A stretch of DNA of 64,000 bases from NCBI GenBank assembly GCA_950097015.1, contig CATNEN010000002.1, positions 868,001-932,000 of the forward strand, in the 5' to 3' direction. The stretch is from Macrostomum hystrix. Its lineage: Eukaryota; Animalia; Platyhelminthes. Below are positions 10,124 to 23,464 of this stretch, piece by piece (the stretch's first letter is position 1; every line of letters begins with the position of its first letter). Position numbers and translations under genes: made by a program. The notes under the pieces are model-generated. The model did not search any database. It was given only the letters and a program-made list of their open reading frames with translations, and was not told the origin of the DNA.

Positions 10124-13100
10124 TCACTTCCCACCCGAGGCATCGAAGGCGGCGTTGTCTCTAGCGGCGTCGGCTGACACTGTGACCGCCGCCAATTGGT
10201 CGTTCACAACCAGAGTTGAGCTTGAAGTGGCGTGCTGTTGAGTCTGCTCTCCGGGCAAGCTGAGGGTCAGGGCGTTGCTGAGATTGCGAGTCAGGAAGTC
10301 ATGGGTCAGGAAGTCATGGGTCAGCAAGTCCTTGGTCAGGAAGTCATTGGTCAAGAAGTCATGGGTCAGGAAGTCATGGGTCAAGAAGTCATGGGTCAGG
10401 AAGTCATGGGTCAGGAAGGTATGGGTCAGGAAGTCATGGGTCAGGAAGTCATGGGTCAGGAAGTCATGGGTCAGGAAGTCATGGGTCAGGAAGCCATGGG
10501 TCAGGAAGTCATGGGTCAGGAATCCATGGGTCAGGAAGTCATGGGTCAGGAATCCATGGGTCAGGAAGTCATGGGTCAGGAAGTCATGGGTCAGGAAGTC
10601 ACGGGTCAGGAAGCCATGGGTTAGGAAGCCATGGGTCAGGAAGGTATGGGTCAGGAAGTCATGGGTCAGAAAGTCATGGGTCAGGAAGCCATGGGTCAGG
10701 AAGTCATGGGTCAGGAAGTCATGGGTCAGGAAGCCATGGGTCAGGAAGCCATGGGTCAGGAAGTCATGGGTCAGGAAGTCATGGGTCAAGAAGTCATGGG
10801 TCAGGAAGTCATGGGTCAGGAAGGTATGGGTCAGGAAGTCATGGGTCAGGAAGTCATGGGTCAGGAAGCCATGGGTCAGGAAGTCATGGGTCAGGAAGCC
10901 ATGGGTCAGGAAGTCATGGGTCAGGAAGTCATGGGTCAGGAAGTCATGGGTCAGGAAGTCATGGGTCAAGAAGTCATGGGTCAGGAAGTCATGGGTCAGG
11001 AAGGTATGGGTCAGGAAGTCATGGGTCAGGAAGTCATGGGTCAGGAAGCCATGGGTCAGGAAGTCATGGGTCAGGAAGCCATGGGTCAGGAAGTCATGGG
11101 TCAGGAATCCATGGGTCAGGAAGTCATGGGTCAGGAAGTCATGGGTCAGGAAGTCATGGGTCAGGAAGTCATGGGTCAGGAAGCCATGGGTCAGGAAGGT
11201 ATGGGTCAGGAAGTCATGGGTCAGGAAGCCATGGGTCAGGAAGTCATGGGTCAGGAAGCCATGGGTCAGGAAGCTAAGTATTCTTTATAATCTTTCTTTT
11301 TCATGGCATAAACCCAAAATAATGAGCGAAAGTTGCAATTAGAAATATATATATTTGTTTAAATCATTGCACAAATACGGTAAGTCAAATGCGACCAATA
11401 AAAGTTCGGTATTTGCATTAGAAAAATTATTGACTCATAAATACGCGATTGTCTACTTTGCGCATGAACAAGCTTTTAAAAGCAATGTTTTTATAAATCA
11501 ATAATTTCGCAGAAATTTATCACAAATTTAATGATTTCTGATTCTTTACGTTTCTATCTAATTGCTACACGAGGTAATTAATTTTGAAGTGTAATTTTAG
11601 ACCAAATCTACAAGAACACGGGCCTAATGGTGTCAGATTCCTCTTCGCTTTCGTTTCCTGTGCTGAAATTTTATAGATCAGTTTTAGATTTGACAGCTGC
11701 GTGTACATCTTTCACGTGTAATTAATTGCCTTACTCAAATACTCAAATATTTGACAAAAGTACAAAGCTTTTACAACGGCGCTAAAAAATCGATAAAAAT
11801 CCAATTTGGTTAATTTTCTCGTAAAAGTTACTCACTTCTTGTTAGCGTGAATGTGAATGGCAAGGAACACAGCGCCCAGTACAATGTGCAGGCAGCCAAC
11901 TGCTATGTAGATGAGTCCTAGGGCTGGATTGCGACCTCCGGACCAGCTTGAGTTGCTGAGCACAAATGACTTTGTGCCAGAGAATGCGTTCACTGGGTAG
12001 GCGTAGTTAATCTGGTTTTGAGAATTCGGGTTTAAAACTTTTTTGTGATTTCTTTGAAGCTGTTAAATTAATTTCCTAGAAAAAAAATCTAGAATCATTA
12101 GCTAACGATTTCCCAAACCGAAATCGTTAGTTATCGGTTTAGTAGCCTTATATCGATTGCCTAGAAATCTATCCGCTTTAAACATCTTTCTGTACAACAA
12201 TTTGTTTATTCTTGTTTAATTCAAGGAATATCGCTAGTAAATCCCCTTTTTTAATCGAAATTCTCCCCAAAATGAAGTGCAAATTCTGTTCTCAAACCTG
12301 CAGCGTGTAGGCGCCGCTCGGCAGGCCGTCTCGAAACCAGTCTCCACTGGCAGCGGTCGCATTGTTGTGCAGCACAATTCGATGCAGCTTACGAAATGAC
12401 GGCAGAGCCGCTGTCCGCATCCACACAATGAGCTCTTCGTCGCCCTGGAAACTATCCGGACTTCGCTGCTGAGGAGTCAGCCGCCAATTCGGTGGCTTCG
12501 CGGTGCCGGTCCAGTTAGCGACTCGGTTAAACTTTCGCTCGCGATCGCTGGCCCAGGAAATTCCCTGACTAGTCCACGGCACCTCGATGGCCACTTCCGG
12601 ACCAGCGGAGGTTGGCGGATGATAGAACAACTGGAAGGTGTCGTTGAAGAGGCTGTTGGCGATGGCACCGCACGGCATGATCCAGTTGCCGGTGCTTGAG
12701 TCCTGCCTGTAGGGGCTGCAGTCCTGCAGCGGTCCGGACGGTCCCGTCTTCAGTGCCAGCAGTTGGCTGTCGTCGCGACTTTTTACGTAGCGTCGATGAT
12801 TCTGATAGAAGTTGGTCAGGGCGTAATAAGCGTACACCTGCCCTGTGAGCTTCTGCTGTAGGCTGATTGACAGGTTGCACACGCAGGGCGGACGGAGCCA
12901 GCGGTAATACTCAGGCTTGCTGGCCTGCAACGGTACGAGGCATGTTAAAATTAAAAATAACAAAAGTTTCGAATTGCTTAGTAATAATAATAATATTTGC
13001 AGGATGGCTGCAGGCAATGGAACATCATTTGGTGACACTAGAGCCCACAGACAGCCAGGAGGCAATTCTGCCCATTTCGCTGTCTCCTAGCACACACTCA

Positions 13101-13919
13101 GATGTGTACATCTTCCCGAACTTTCTCGTCGTCAGGCAGGGTACAATTTTACTGTGCCTTGGTGGTTGGACCTCGATTCCGTTGTCCTCGGCGCGGAATC
13201 GAGCTCAGGGAGCTTGGTGTGAGAGGCAAACGCATTGACCGCTCTGCCTCCAAAGTAAGCCTGTCCAGCGCAAAGGTTCTTTTTGTTGCAGTCAATGAGA
13301 GACAGCTCTGTGGTAATTTAGGAGGGCGAACCCTGCGAGTAACAATGCATGAGTACACTTCCTGACGATGGACAAGACGCAAATTACTTGTGAGAGTCAG
13401 CTGAATTAAGTGCAGTCGCTATTTTCGAGAGCACCATTTTTTGAGTCACAAAAAGTAATCCAAGGAAGTTCACTTTTTTATAAATATCAGTGACGGAGGC
13501 CGAAAAACTCCCTGGCAAAAATCAAACGCACTTGGTTACCAAGGCTTTAGCCTTATACACTTCAAATCAAAAGAAACCTATTCCAATGCACCATTAGTCA
13601 CCTGTTCCATGCAAGTGATTCCGCTGGCGTCGCGACAATTTGTGTAATTAAACACCGCCTCCTGTACAGATTGCGAAGCGGTAAACAGAACAGCTCCAAT
13701 TGGAACGAATGCAATTCCAACCAGGAAGAAAAGAGGAAACACCGAACGGGCCGTTAGCAACGGTTGCCAAGCGGGCAGTTTCTGCTGATGAAACTTTGAG
13801 TCACTCGGCTTGCGAAGTGGCGCTGGTTTCTCTTCCCTGTCATTGTTCTCCTCTAAGTCCTGGGAACTCGGAGGCACAGAGTTAAGCTCGTGCTGCACCT
13901 GCTTTCTGGCGTGGGCCAT
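10124..13919 (-). CDS. TMEM30A: CDC50/TMEM30 P4-ATPase flippase beta subunit; exons 13919-13602, 12924-12298, 12011-11836, 10277-10124, about 424 aa
   Basis: Motifs: [97 protein letters not shown]. All three introns are GT-AG with matching phase (total 1275 nt). Confidence 0.95.
10289..11274. repeat. 15-bp minisatellite (GGGTCAGGAAGTCAT), about 65 copies, in CDC50 intron 3
   Basis: Direct reading. Variant units (GCC, GGT, TCC) recur in 180-bp blocks; for example 10801-10920 equals 10981-11100. Confidence 0.97.
13068..13252 (-). mobile_element. tRNA-derived SINE, copy 2 (internally deleted), in CDC50 intron 1
   Basis: Has the head GCGGAATCGAGCTCAGGGAGCTTGGTGTGAGAGGCAAACGCATTGACCGCTCTGCC (reverse complement of an A/B-box head) and the shared core GTGTACATCT...GTCAGGCAG. 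Confidence 0.7.
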
Positions 13920-15154
13920 TTAACTTGCAGCTGTTGCGAGTTACAACGATAAGTAAAAAGTTAATTTTTTGTCTTGCTAAGGCTGAAAAAAAATTATTTT
14001 ATGCTAAAATTAAAAATAAAGGTGAAAATTTTTCAATTTTTAATAAGATAGGATTTTATTAGACAAAATATATAATAATAAATAACAATAGCATTCTTGC
14101 GCACAAGAAACCAAAAAGTAATATTTTTGAATCAATTTTTATGTAACTGAGGTTTATATATATATTAATTCTGATAGTTTCCCAACGGCAAATATGCTAT
14201 CTGTGTTACTATACTTTTGTATTGTAAGACATTATCAGTCTCACTTGTGACAAAAAGATAGAACAAAGTTTTTTGTTTTTATTTATTTTATTAAAAAGAA
14301 TGGCAATTGCTCATACGCTGGTTTTATCGTGTTAGTCTTTCTATTTAAGTAAAGTGCTTCCTGGTCTTATAAGTGCCATATGTAAGTGTTGTGCGACTGA
14401 TTCATTCAATCAATAAAATGATATGTACAATATGACAGTAAAACTAAAACTTGTCTTCAACGAAAAATGAAAAAAAATGTTTTGTATAAGTTGAATACAG
14501 TGAAATTGATTTTCAAATCATTGCAAAGATACTTAATAAGATTGAAATTACAAGCCTTTTAAAAAAATTTGGATAGTTTTTATGCGAAAAACGTACAATA
14601 AAGCGCTGTTAAAAATTTGCTTTGGGTAGTATCAATAGTTATAACAAAGCGTTACAGTTTAAAACTTTTTCGTCGTTTAAGTGAAAAACATTGTTCTTTT
14701 AATATAAAAGATTATTTTAAAAAATCAATTAGCATTTAAACATGCTTTAAATTTTTTTCGTACATTGGATGCTCGTTATTATAATAATGAATAACTTTCG
14801 CTTCCTTAATGATCTAGTGTTCTCGAACTACGCCAAATTACCTTTCTCTGGTACCTACTTTAAAGGGCAAAACACTTATACTTGCTTGTTTTAGAGACTT
14901 ATTAATGCTTCTTTAGAGACGTATTGCATCCCAGTTAACAGTTTAATGACAGTTAAAACAATTTAACTTTCTTTATTAACCAGCACAATTCGTATTTCAC
15001 ATTCACAAAATATTATGTACACACATATGTGCCCGTATTTTGCGCATTCGAGTTCACACGTGTTAGAAAAGCAAGCACTTTTAACTGTACAAGAAAGGCA
15101 ACAAATGTTGTAGCACTATGAATGTTAAGTGCTATATGCAGTATTGTAGTTGTA

Positions 15155-15544
15155 TTGCCGGTGCTTGAGTCCTGCCTGTAGGGGCTGCAGTCCTGCAGCG
15201 GTCCGGACGGTCCCGTCTTCAGTGCCAGCAGTTGGCTGTCGTCGCGACTTTTTACGTAGCGTCGATGATTCTGATAGAAGTTGGTCAGGGCGTAATAAGC
15301 ATACACCTGCCCTGTACGTGAGCTTCTGCTGTAGGCTGCCAGCGGTAATACTCAGGCTTGCTGGCCTACAACGGTACGAGGCATGTTAAAATTATAAATA
15401 ACAAAAGTTTCGAATTGCTAAGTAATAATAATAATATTTGCAGGATGGCTGCAGGCAATGGAACATCATTTGGTGACACTTAGAGCCCACAGACAGCCAG
15501 GAGGCAATTCTGCCCATTTCGCTGACTACTGAGCACACACTCAG
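15155..15544 (-). pseudogene. Genomic duplicate of CDC50 12686-13101 (part of exon 2, part of intron 1 and the SINE end)
   Basis: Near-identical to 12686-13101, with a 32-bp deletion and a 4-bp insertion. It keeps intron sequence, so it is not a retrocopy. Confidence 0.92.
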
Positions 15545-16431
15545 TATAGTACTTATAGTACTTATAGTACTTAGTATAGTAGAAGTAGTACGTACAGTGT
15601 GAGATATAAACACAGCAAAGTCGAATACATCCGATTCCTTCGGATGATCTATTTCAGTATATATAGTCATGATTTTACTGCAGATCAATAGGAAATTTGA
15701 CATATGGGTTGTTTATTAACCTTAGTCTATACAGTAGCGTCCTTTCGTGACTGTGTCAGCTTCCCGAACTCTGAGCCTCAACAACTAAATATTAATACAA
15801 TATGAGTTTGCTGCGGTCATAAATAATTTTGCACACTTTATCATGCAATTATATAAAGCTATGCATTACAAAACATAGACTGCCAACAAACATGTGGATG
15901 TAGCACGCACTAAAACGATTAATAACACATAGGAAACAATTTAAATTATCAACATAAACATGTAGCTCGATCTGCTAAACTCGTTTTTCTCAAACCCTAC
16001 AACCAATAAATTAACAATTATATTAATTTCAGTACAATTTTTCAGTATCAAGAATAAAATTCATTCCTATACATAAACAAAATCTACGCTACACTTATGA
16101 AAGTCATATTTAATATTTATAGCAATCCTTTAGTCTGCTATATTCATACAGTAGTACATAAAGTCTAGCTATATGTACATATTTCAAATGCTTGCTGTGA
16201 AACTAATGCTAGATTTTAGTTTCTTTTAATAGTCTTTAATAAACAATAAAAGCATTTTATAGGGTAAATAACCCATTTTCTGAGACGACAAATGAAATTA
16301 ATCAAGATTAAAGCTAAATTTTGTTGTACAATCCTGAATTGCTAACAGAAAAACTTGTTAGACATTTGAGATAATTAGCTTGACATAAAATCAACTTGTT
16401 AAATATCAAAAGAACGTGTTAGACATAAAAA

Positions 16432-16576
16432 CAACCAGCTAGACACGAAAGCCGCCAGCTAGACATGAAAGCCACCTGTTAGACACGAAAGCCACCTGTT
16501 AGACATGAAAGCCACCTGTTAGACATGAAAGTCACCTGTTAGACATGAAAGTCACCTGTTAGACATGAAAGCCAAC
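16432..16576. repeat. 20-bp minisatellite (TAGACATGAAAGCCACCTGT), about 7 copies
   Basis: Direct reading. Confidence 0.9.
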
Positions 16577-17221
16577 GGTTAAACACGAAAATGAAATGAA
16601 AATCTAATGAAAGAAAAATGCAACTCGTCTTAAAAAAAACAATTGTCTTCTTCAATGCAGAAATTTTAAGCAGAAATGGGCAAATGCTAATAGCAGGGTC
16701 CGGGTCCATTGTAACTATAGGCATAGTGAGAATTTTTCTGTCATTTGCCAACAAACGCAGATGATTTACGGCCGTCTGTTCCTAACATATAACGACTGAA
16801 TTATGGGAATATTTATTGATGTTCGTTTTCCTTCCCTTTTTGTTATAATGGATGTTTTGGGGCAAAATTACTATGCTGTATTTTAAATTGCGTTCCTGTC
16901 TTCAATAGTCTGCTTATACGCTTTAGAATCCAGGATTATAATGGCATGTTGTCATGGAGATTTTCAGCTTTCCATTATTTATCTGATAAGTAAATCCGAA
17001 AATAGACAGTTTGCATTTTACTCATAGTAAATGCAGTCACTTAGTGAAGCTTTTAGTAGATTTTCTTATATCAATTTTACAACCAGTTACCTGGATACAG
17101 TATTGCTAGACCTGCTAATAGACTCTCCGGTTAGTAAGAAAAGTTCATTTTAGAAAGCTTAATATTGATGGAACTGAAAGCCTAGTGTCTGGGTTTCATA
17201 CCTGGCTGTGAGTTTGCTGTT

Positions 17222-17750
17222 TGTCTTTCTGATCCTCTCTCACTGTCTTTCTGATCCTCTCTCACTGTCTTTCTGATCCCCTGTCACTGTCTTCTTATCC
17301 TCTGTCACTGTCTTCTGATCCTCTCTCACTGTCTTTCTGATCCCCTCTCACTGTCTTTCTGATCCTCTCTCACTGTCTTTCTGATCCTCTCTCACTGTCT
17401 TTCTGATCCTCTCTCACTGTCTTTCTGATCCCCTCTGACTGTCTTTCTGATCCTCTCCCACTGTCTTTCTGATCCTCTCTCACTGTCTTTCTGATCCTCT
17501 CTCACTGTCTTTCTGATCCTCTCTCACTGTCTTTCTGATCCTCTCTCACTGTCTTTCTGATCCTCTCTCACTGTCTTTCTGATCCTCTGTCACTGTCTTT
17601 CTGATCCTCTCTCACTGTCTTTCTGATCCTCTCTCACTGTCTTTCTGATCCTCTCTCACTGTCTTTCTGATCCCCTCTGACTGTCTTTCTGATCCTCTCC
17701 CACTGTCTTTCTGATCCTCTCTCACTGTCTTTTTGATCCACTCTCACTGT
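17222..17750. repeat. 22-bp minisatellite (CTGTCTTTCTGATCCTCTCTCA), about 24 copies
   Basis: Direct reading. Confidence 0.95.
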
Positions 17751-18465
17751 TTAACTTAGTGTTGCTCAAATTCTTTCATTATCTTCGCCCCAGCGACTCG
17801 CTTAATTGACTTCGACTTCGCGTGTGACTTAAAGCTAGAGAAAATCTAAATCGAATCTTTGTTAACGAAACAGGCTATGGAGGCCCAGCAAAAATAGAAA
17901 CCATTTCCCTGCTACCTACTGTCAACCTTCTCCGTCATGCGATAAAGCTGGTAAATATTGTTTACAAGAAGCTCCACTTCAGTCTCCCATCTGCCTGGAG
18001 ACGCCATATTTTTATGCAGATTTCTGTACTTTCTTGCTCTAGAGAAAGTGAAAAATTTTTGCATGGCAACTAGTCACCAATCCCCCTCCCCATGCAGCAA
18101 CAGCTCAGTTGGCAGCTCTGGTCTCTGGGGTAATGTGGCAAAATTTTGCTAGAAGGTGACAGAAGCCTGTAGCTGTGACTGCAGAGCCTATATGTGTAGA
18201 AAGCCTGTTTGATTAGTTTTATTTTCTTGGATTCCGTGCTATAAAAAAGAATTATTTTGTAATCAAACAGACATTTTTTAACCTTTAACGACCGAAAATT
18301 TGAATGACTAATTAGAATTAGATAATTGACTTAGTTTTTTTCTGAAACATTTTTGTTTACAGAAAAATTGCCACACCTGTAGAGCCAAATTGGCGCAAGC
18401 TTTCATTGCCGCGAAATGTTTCTTTGCTATAATCTGAATAACTGATTGTTATTACTGATCTGTAC

Positions 18466-19134
18466 GTCTTCCTGATCCTCTGTCACTGTCTTTCTGATCC
18501 TCTGTCACTGTCTTCCTGATCCTCTGTCACTGTCTTTCTGATCCTCTGTCACTGTCTTTCTGATCCTCTGTCACTGTCTTTCTGATCCTCTGTCACTGTC
18601 TTTCTGATCCTCTGTCACTGTCTTCCTGATCCTCTGTCACTGTCTTTCTGATCCTCTGTCACTGTCTTCCTGATCCTCTGTCACTGTCTTCCTGATCCTC
18701 TGTCACTGTCTTTCTGATCCTCTGTCACTGTCTTTCTGATCCTCTGTCACTGTCTTTCTGATCCTCTGTCACTGTCTTTCTGATCCTCTGTCACTGTCTT
18801 CCTGATCCTCTGTCACTGTCTTCCTGATCCTCTGTCACTGTCTTTCTGATCCTCTGTCACTGTCTTTCTGATCCTCTGTCACTGTCTTTCTGATCCTCTG
18901 TCACTGTCTTCCTGATCCTCTGTCACTGTCTTTCTGATCCTGTCACTGTCTTTCTGATCCTCTGTCACTGTCTTTCTGATCCTGTCACTGTCTTTCTGAT
19001 CCTCTGTCACTGTCTTTCTGATCCTCTGTCACTGCCTTTCTGATCCTCTGTCACTGTCTTTCTGATCCTCTGTCACTGTCTTTCTGATCCTCTGTCACTG
19101 TCTTCCTGATCCTCTGTCACTGTCTTCCTGATCC
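18466..19134. repeat. 22-bp minisatellite (CTGTCTTTCTGATCCTCTGTCA), about 30 copies, same family as 17222-17750
   Basis: Direct reading; one diagnostic C/G difference from the first array. Confidence 0.95.
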
Positions 19135-19263
19135 TTATAATAGCCTTAAATACACTCGTATTTCCTGCTGTTTTGGACTAAATAATGCAAGCTATTAACA
19201 AACCTGTCTAGACCAGAAATTTGCGTTTCTCTTGTCACCGTTTGACATGGGCCTAAAAGTGCA

Positions 19264-19299
19264 CAGGTGTTTATCACCTGAGTTGTCACCTGGCAGCTG
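19264..19299. promoter_or_regulatory. Cluster of four E-boxes (CAGGTG, CACCTG, CACCTG, CAGCTG) in 36 bp
   Basis: Motifs at 19264, 19275, 19287 and 19294. Function is inferred only. Confidence 0.3.
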
Positions 19300-19613
19300 C
19301 TGCTGCTGCTGATGCCTGTCCTTGCAGTTTATATTGAAATCGTTGGCCCTTAAGCACGTAGCTTGAGTGCTTGACATTCACAATTACCGAAGCTACGTAC
19401 ATGCTCTGGTTATAGTTAATTTTTTCCAATAGAAGTTTTTCTTGCGGAATTCGAAAACATGTAGCGACTAGGCATTATTCAGAACTTAATAAATATTTTT
19501 AAGAAATATAAGCATATTATCGAGAGATGTTTGCTTACTAACAGAGCATGTACTCGTAGTTGACTCGATAAACGAAATAGTTTAGCTATATCTTCTAAAC
19601 GATTTAACTGGTA

Positions 19614-20383
19614 TGCTATCTACTCTCTCCTCTCTACTATCTACTCTCTCCTGTCTACTATCTACTCTCTCCTCTCTACTATCTACTCTCTCCTGTCTAC
19701 TATCTACTCTCTCCTCTCTACTATCTACTCTCTCCTCTCTACTATCTACTCTCTCCTCTCTACTATCTACTCTCTCCTCTCTACTATCTACTCTCCTCTC
19801 TACTATCTACTCTCTCCTCTCTACTATCTACTCTCTCCTCTCTACTATCTACTCTCCTCTCTACTATCTACTCTCTCCTCTCTACTATCTACTCTCCTCT
19901 CTACTATCTACTCTCTCCTGTCTACTATCTACTCTCTCCTGTCTACTATCTACTCTCTCCTCTCTACTATCTACTCTCTCCTCTCTACTATCTACTCTCT
20001 CATCTCTACTATCTACTCTCTCCTCTCTACTATCTACTCTCTCCTCTCTACTATCTACTCTCTCCTCTCTACTATCTACTCTCTCCTCTCTACTATCTAC
20101 TCTCTCATATCTACTATCTACTCTCTCCTCTCTACTAAATACTCTCTCCTCTCTACTATCTACTCTCTCCTGTCTACTATCTACTCTCTCCTCTCTACTA
20201 TCTAATCTCTCCTCTCTACTATCTACTCTCTCCTCTCTACTATCTACTCTCTCCTCTGTACTATCTACTCTCTCCTGTCTACTATCTACTCTCTCCTCTC
20301 TACTATCTACTCTCTCCTCTGTACTATCTACTCTCTCCTGTCTACTATCTACTCTCTCCTCTCTACTATCTACTCTCTCCTCT
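19614..20383. repeat. 21-bp minisatellite (CTACTATCTACTCTCTCCTCT), about 36 copies
   Basis: Direct reading. Confidence 0.95.
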
Positions 20384-20984
20384 GAAATCACAATTCATTA
20401 GTTTTCAAATAAGGCCTCAAAGTTTTAAGGCATTTTCCGAAAATTTGAGCTTTTTATTTATTTTTATTTTTGTTGTTCATTTAAATGTGTTGTTAAAAAA
20501 TATATATTAAAAAAAAATCAGCACCCATAGATGGCGTGCGCGTTTTAATAATAATAATAATAATAATTTAACGCGGCCCTAGTTCTCTTTTCCTCAATCA
20601 ATTGCCAATAATTATTCCATGAAGTTTCAACAGCACTACGAGCACAACGCACTCGTATACCCCTGCTTAATTTAATCTTTCTGTGTCATTTTAACAAAAG
20701 ATATAATCAGGTTTAGTTGTGTCAAGAAATCTGCGACTAAAAATAGAACACTCAAAATGTTTCACCAATGTCTCAGTTCCGCTGTTTTCCAGTTTTTCTT
20801 CACCACGTGCTCACTATTGTTTTCAAAATGAGGAGCCACTTATAATGCAGTTTCCCATATGACCCGGCCAAGCACAGGCCGTTGACACCAGAACAGATAT
20901 TCAATCGATATTCTTCTAGCTGGTATTGCAAATAGACAAGACTTTGGCAGTCTGCTTGCATTTATTCACCACAATCTACTTTTC

Positions 20985-21356
20985 AGTCTACCCACTCTAC
21001 TTCTCACTCTATTTTCTCTACTTCTCATTCTATTTACTCTACTTCCCACTCTAGTTACTCTACTTCTCACTCTATTTTCTCTACTTCTCACTCTAATTTC
21101 TCCACTTCTTACTCTATTTTCTCTACTTCCCACTCTAGTTACTCTAGTTACTCTACTTCTCACTCTAATTAATCTACTTCTCAATCTATTTACTCTACTT
21201 TTCACTTTTTCACTCTACTTCTCACTCTAATTACTCTACTTCTCACTCTAATTACTCTACTTCTCAATCTATTTACTCTACTTTTCACTTTTTCACTCTA
21301 CTTCTCACTCTAATTACTCTACTTCTCACTCTAATTACTCTACTTCTCACTCTATT
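20985..21356. repeat. Degenerate pyrimidine-rich array built from TACTCTA/CTTCTCA subunits
   Basis: Direct reading. Confidence 0.85.
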
Positions 21357-21879
21357 TGCAATGCTTATGAGTCTACTTCTCAGGTTTTCGCATAGCTCGA
21401 AGCATTAGTAGTACAGAACTTACTACAAACTTATTTGTCCTGCAAACTGTACATCGCTAATGTATTCTCTTTTTACAATCCCTATTGCTTTCCACACGTT
21501 AGCAAAAACAGGTCTTCTATTCTATTCCCCTTACCCACCTTATCCCTAATCATCCATTATAATCAGCCTACGCATTCCCCCCGTGCACTCATTGAAGTCG
21601 TTAAAGTGCAAAACAGCTGCTCAGAATAATTACGAAGCAACAGCTGAGAGACGTCAAGCGGAAAAACAATGCGAATCTCATTGAAAACAAATCCGGCCCA
21701 GTTTACTTCAGTTTGAAAAAAGGACAAATCAAAAGACCAGTCTGTTAGCTTGCTTGCTACAAATTTCCGAATGGAAGGGATTATTATACAATTATAATAA
21801 TAATAGTAAGTATAAAAGGCTCAATGTAAGGCAGATGTTACTTGTACCCTTGTTCCAAATCCGATATTTCTCCATGTTT

Positions 21880-22612
21880 TATTACCTGTCTTATCTACCC
21901 CTGTCTGATCTACCCCCTGTCTTATCTACCCCCTGTCTTATCTACCCCCTGTCTTATCTACCCCCTGTCTTATCTACCTGTCTTATCTACCCCCTGTCTT
22001 ATCTACCCCCTGTCTTATCTACCCCCTGTCTTATCTACCCCCTGTCTGATCTACCCCGTCTTATCTACCCCCTGTCCTATCTACCCCCTGTCTTATCTAC
22101 CCACTGTCTTATCTACCCCTGTCTTATCTACCCACTATCTGATCTACCCCCTGTCTGATCTACCCACTGTCTGATCTACCCCCTGTCTGATCTACCCACT
22201 GTCTCATCTACCCCCTGTCTGATCTACCCCCTGTCTTATCTACCCACTGTCTTATCTACCCCTGTCTTATCTCTATCCTGTTTCAGCTCTCCCCTGTCTC
22301 GTCTCTCCCGATCTTAGCTCTCAAGATCTTATTTCTCCCGTCTTATCTACCCACTGTCTTATCTACCCCCTGTCTCATCTCTCACCTTCCTCATCTCTCC
22401 TGACATTATCCTTTACTGTCTTATCTCTCTCCTCTCTCGTATCTCATCCCTCCCGATCTCATTTCTCTCGATCCTATGTTTCCCCTGTCTCATCTCTCCC
22501 CTGTCTCATCTCTCCCCTGTCTCATCTCTCCCCTGTCTCATCTCTCCCCTGTCTCATCTCTACCCTGTCTCATCTCTCCCCTGTCTCATCTCTCCCCTGT
22601 CTAATCTCTCCC
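21880..22612. repeat. 15-bp minisatellite (CCCCTGTCTTATCTA) grading into a 16-bp unit (CCCCTGTCTCATCTCT)
   Basis: Direct reading. Confidence 0.9.
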
Positions 22613-23464
22613 AGTCGAATCTAGCCCACTGCAATGTGTTAGCCCGCAAGCCATGAAAAGTTTCTGACCCATATCAAAGTCGATCGATGTCAAAATAATT
22701 CGCACGCAGGACGAATAAACAAACCTTAATTATATTTTCTCTAGACTGACGGTGAGACAGATGGAACAGACACCAGAATAAATCATTTGAAAGTCCAATC
22801 AATATTTAATTGACATGAGATGCCTGTCTGGCTATCGATCGACAGTGTGCAACTTGTCCAAGATTTGGTGGGAAAATATTGTGTTGTCAATTCCTGTTAG
22901 CACCAGCTGCCAGTCAACAGTCTGATAAACTGATTTTCTTCTGAATTTTTTGCTATTTAGTATTTTTTCTTTGCTTCTGTACACAAGAATATCTTTATAA
23001 TAGAGACATTGTCTAGCTTTTCCCTGGCCGAAATCTCCCAAGTCATTCTATCATTCTTCCCATCGCTATTTCGATCCCATATTCTATTTCAGTCTTTCAC
23101 AAGCAAAAGTGCAATGCCTCTGCAGTGCGAGTATCAGATTTGTCACTGCGAAATTCCTAACAAAAGCCTTCCCATCACGCCAGCCGTTTGGTTCTAGCCA
23201 GGATCATGCAGCAGCAGCAGCAGCAAAGGCAGCCGTGTAGACCTACTTTAGGCCGCCGGCGTTTGCTTTGATCTTCTTTCGTGCCATCGTGCCATGTCAT
23301 GTCCGAGCATCTGTCCCAGTTACTAAAACACCCTTACCCCTATTCGCATAGCTGTGTTAGCTAGAGCTGTCATTCTTCATCATTCTTTGGGAAAAAAAAT
23401 CCCGAGATAATCAGTGCGGGAAAGAGTTCGTGTGTTCAAAACGTTTGACACTTTACAAGATACT

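Noticed and set aside
13578-13601. Premature stop in the CDC50 first ORF
   Set aside because: The stop lies in intron 1, after the donor CAG|GTGACT at 13601.
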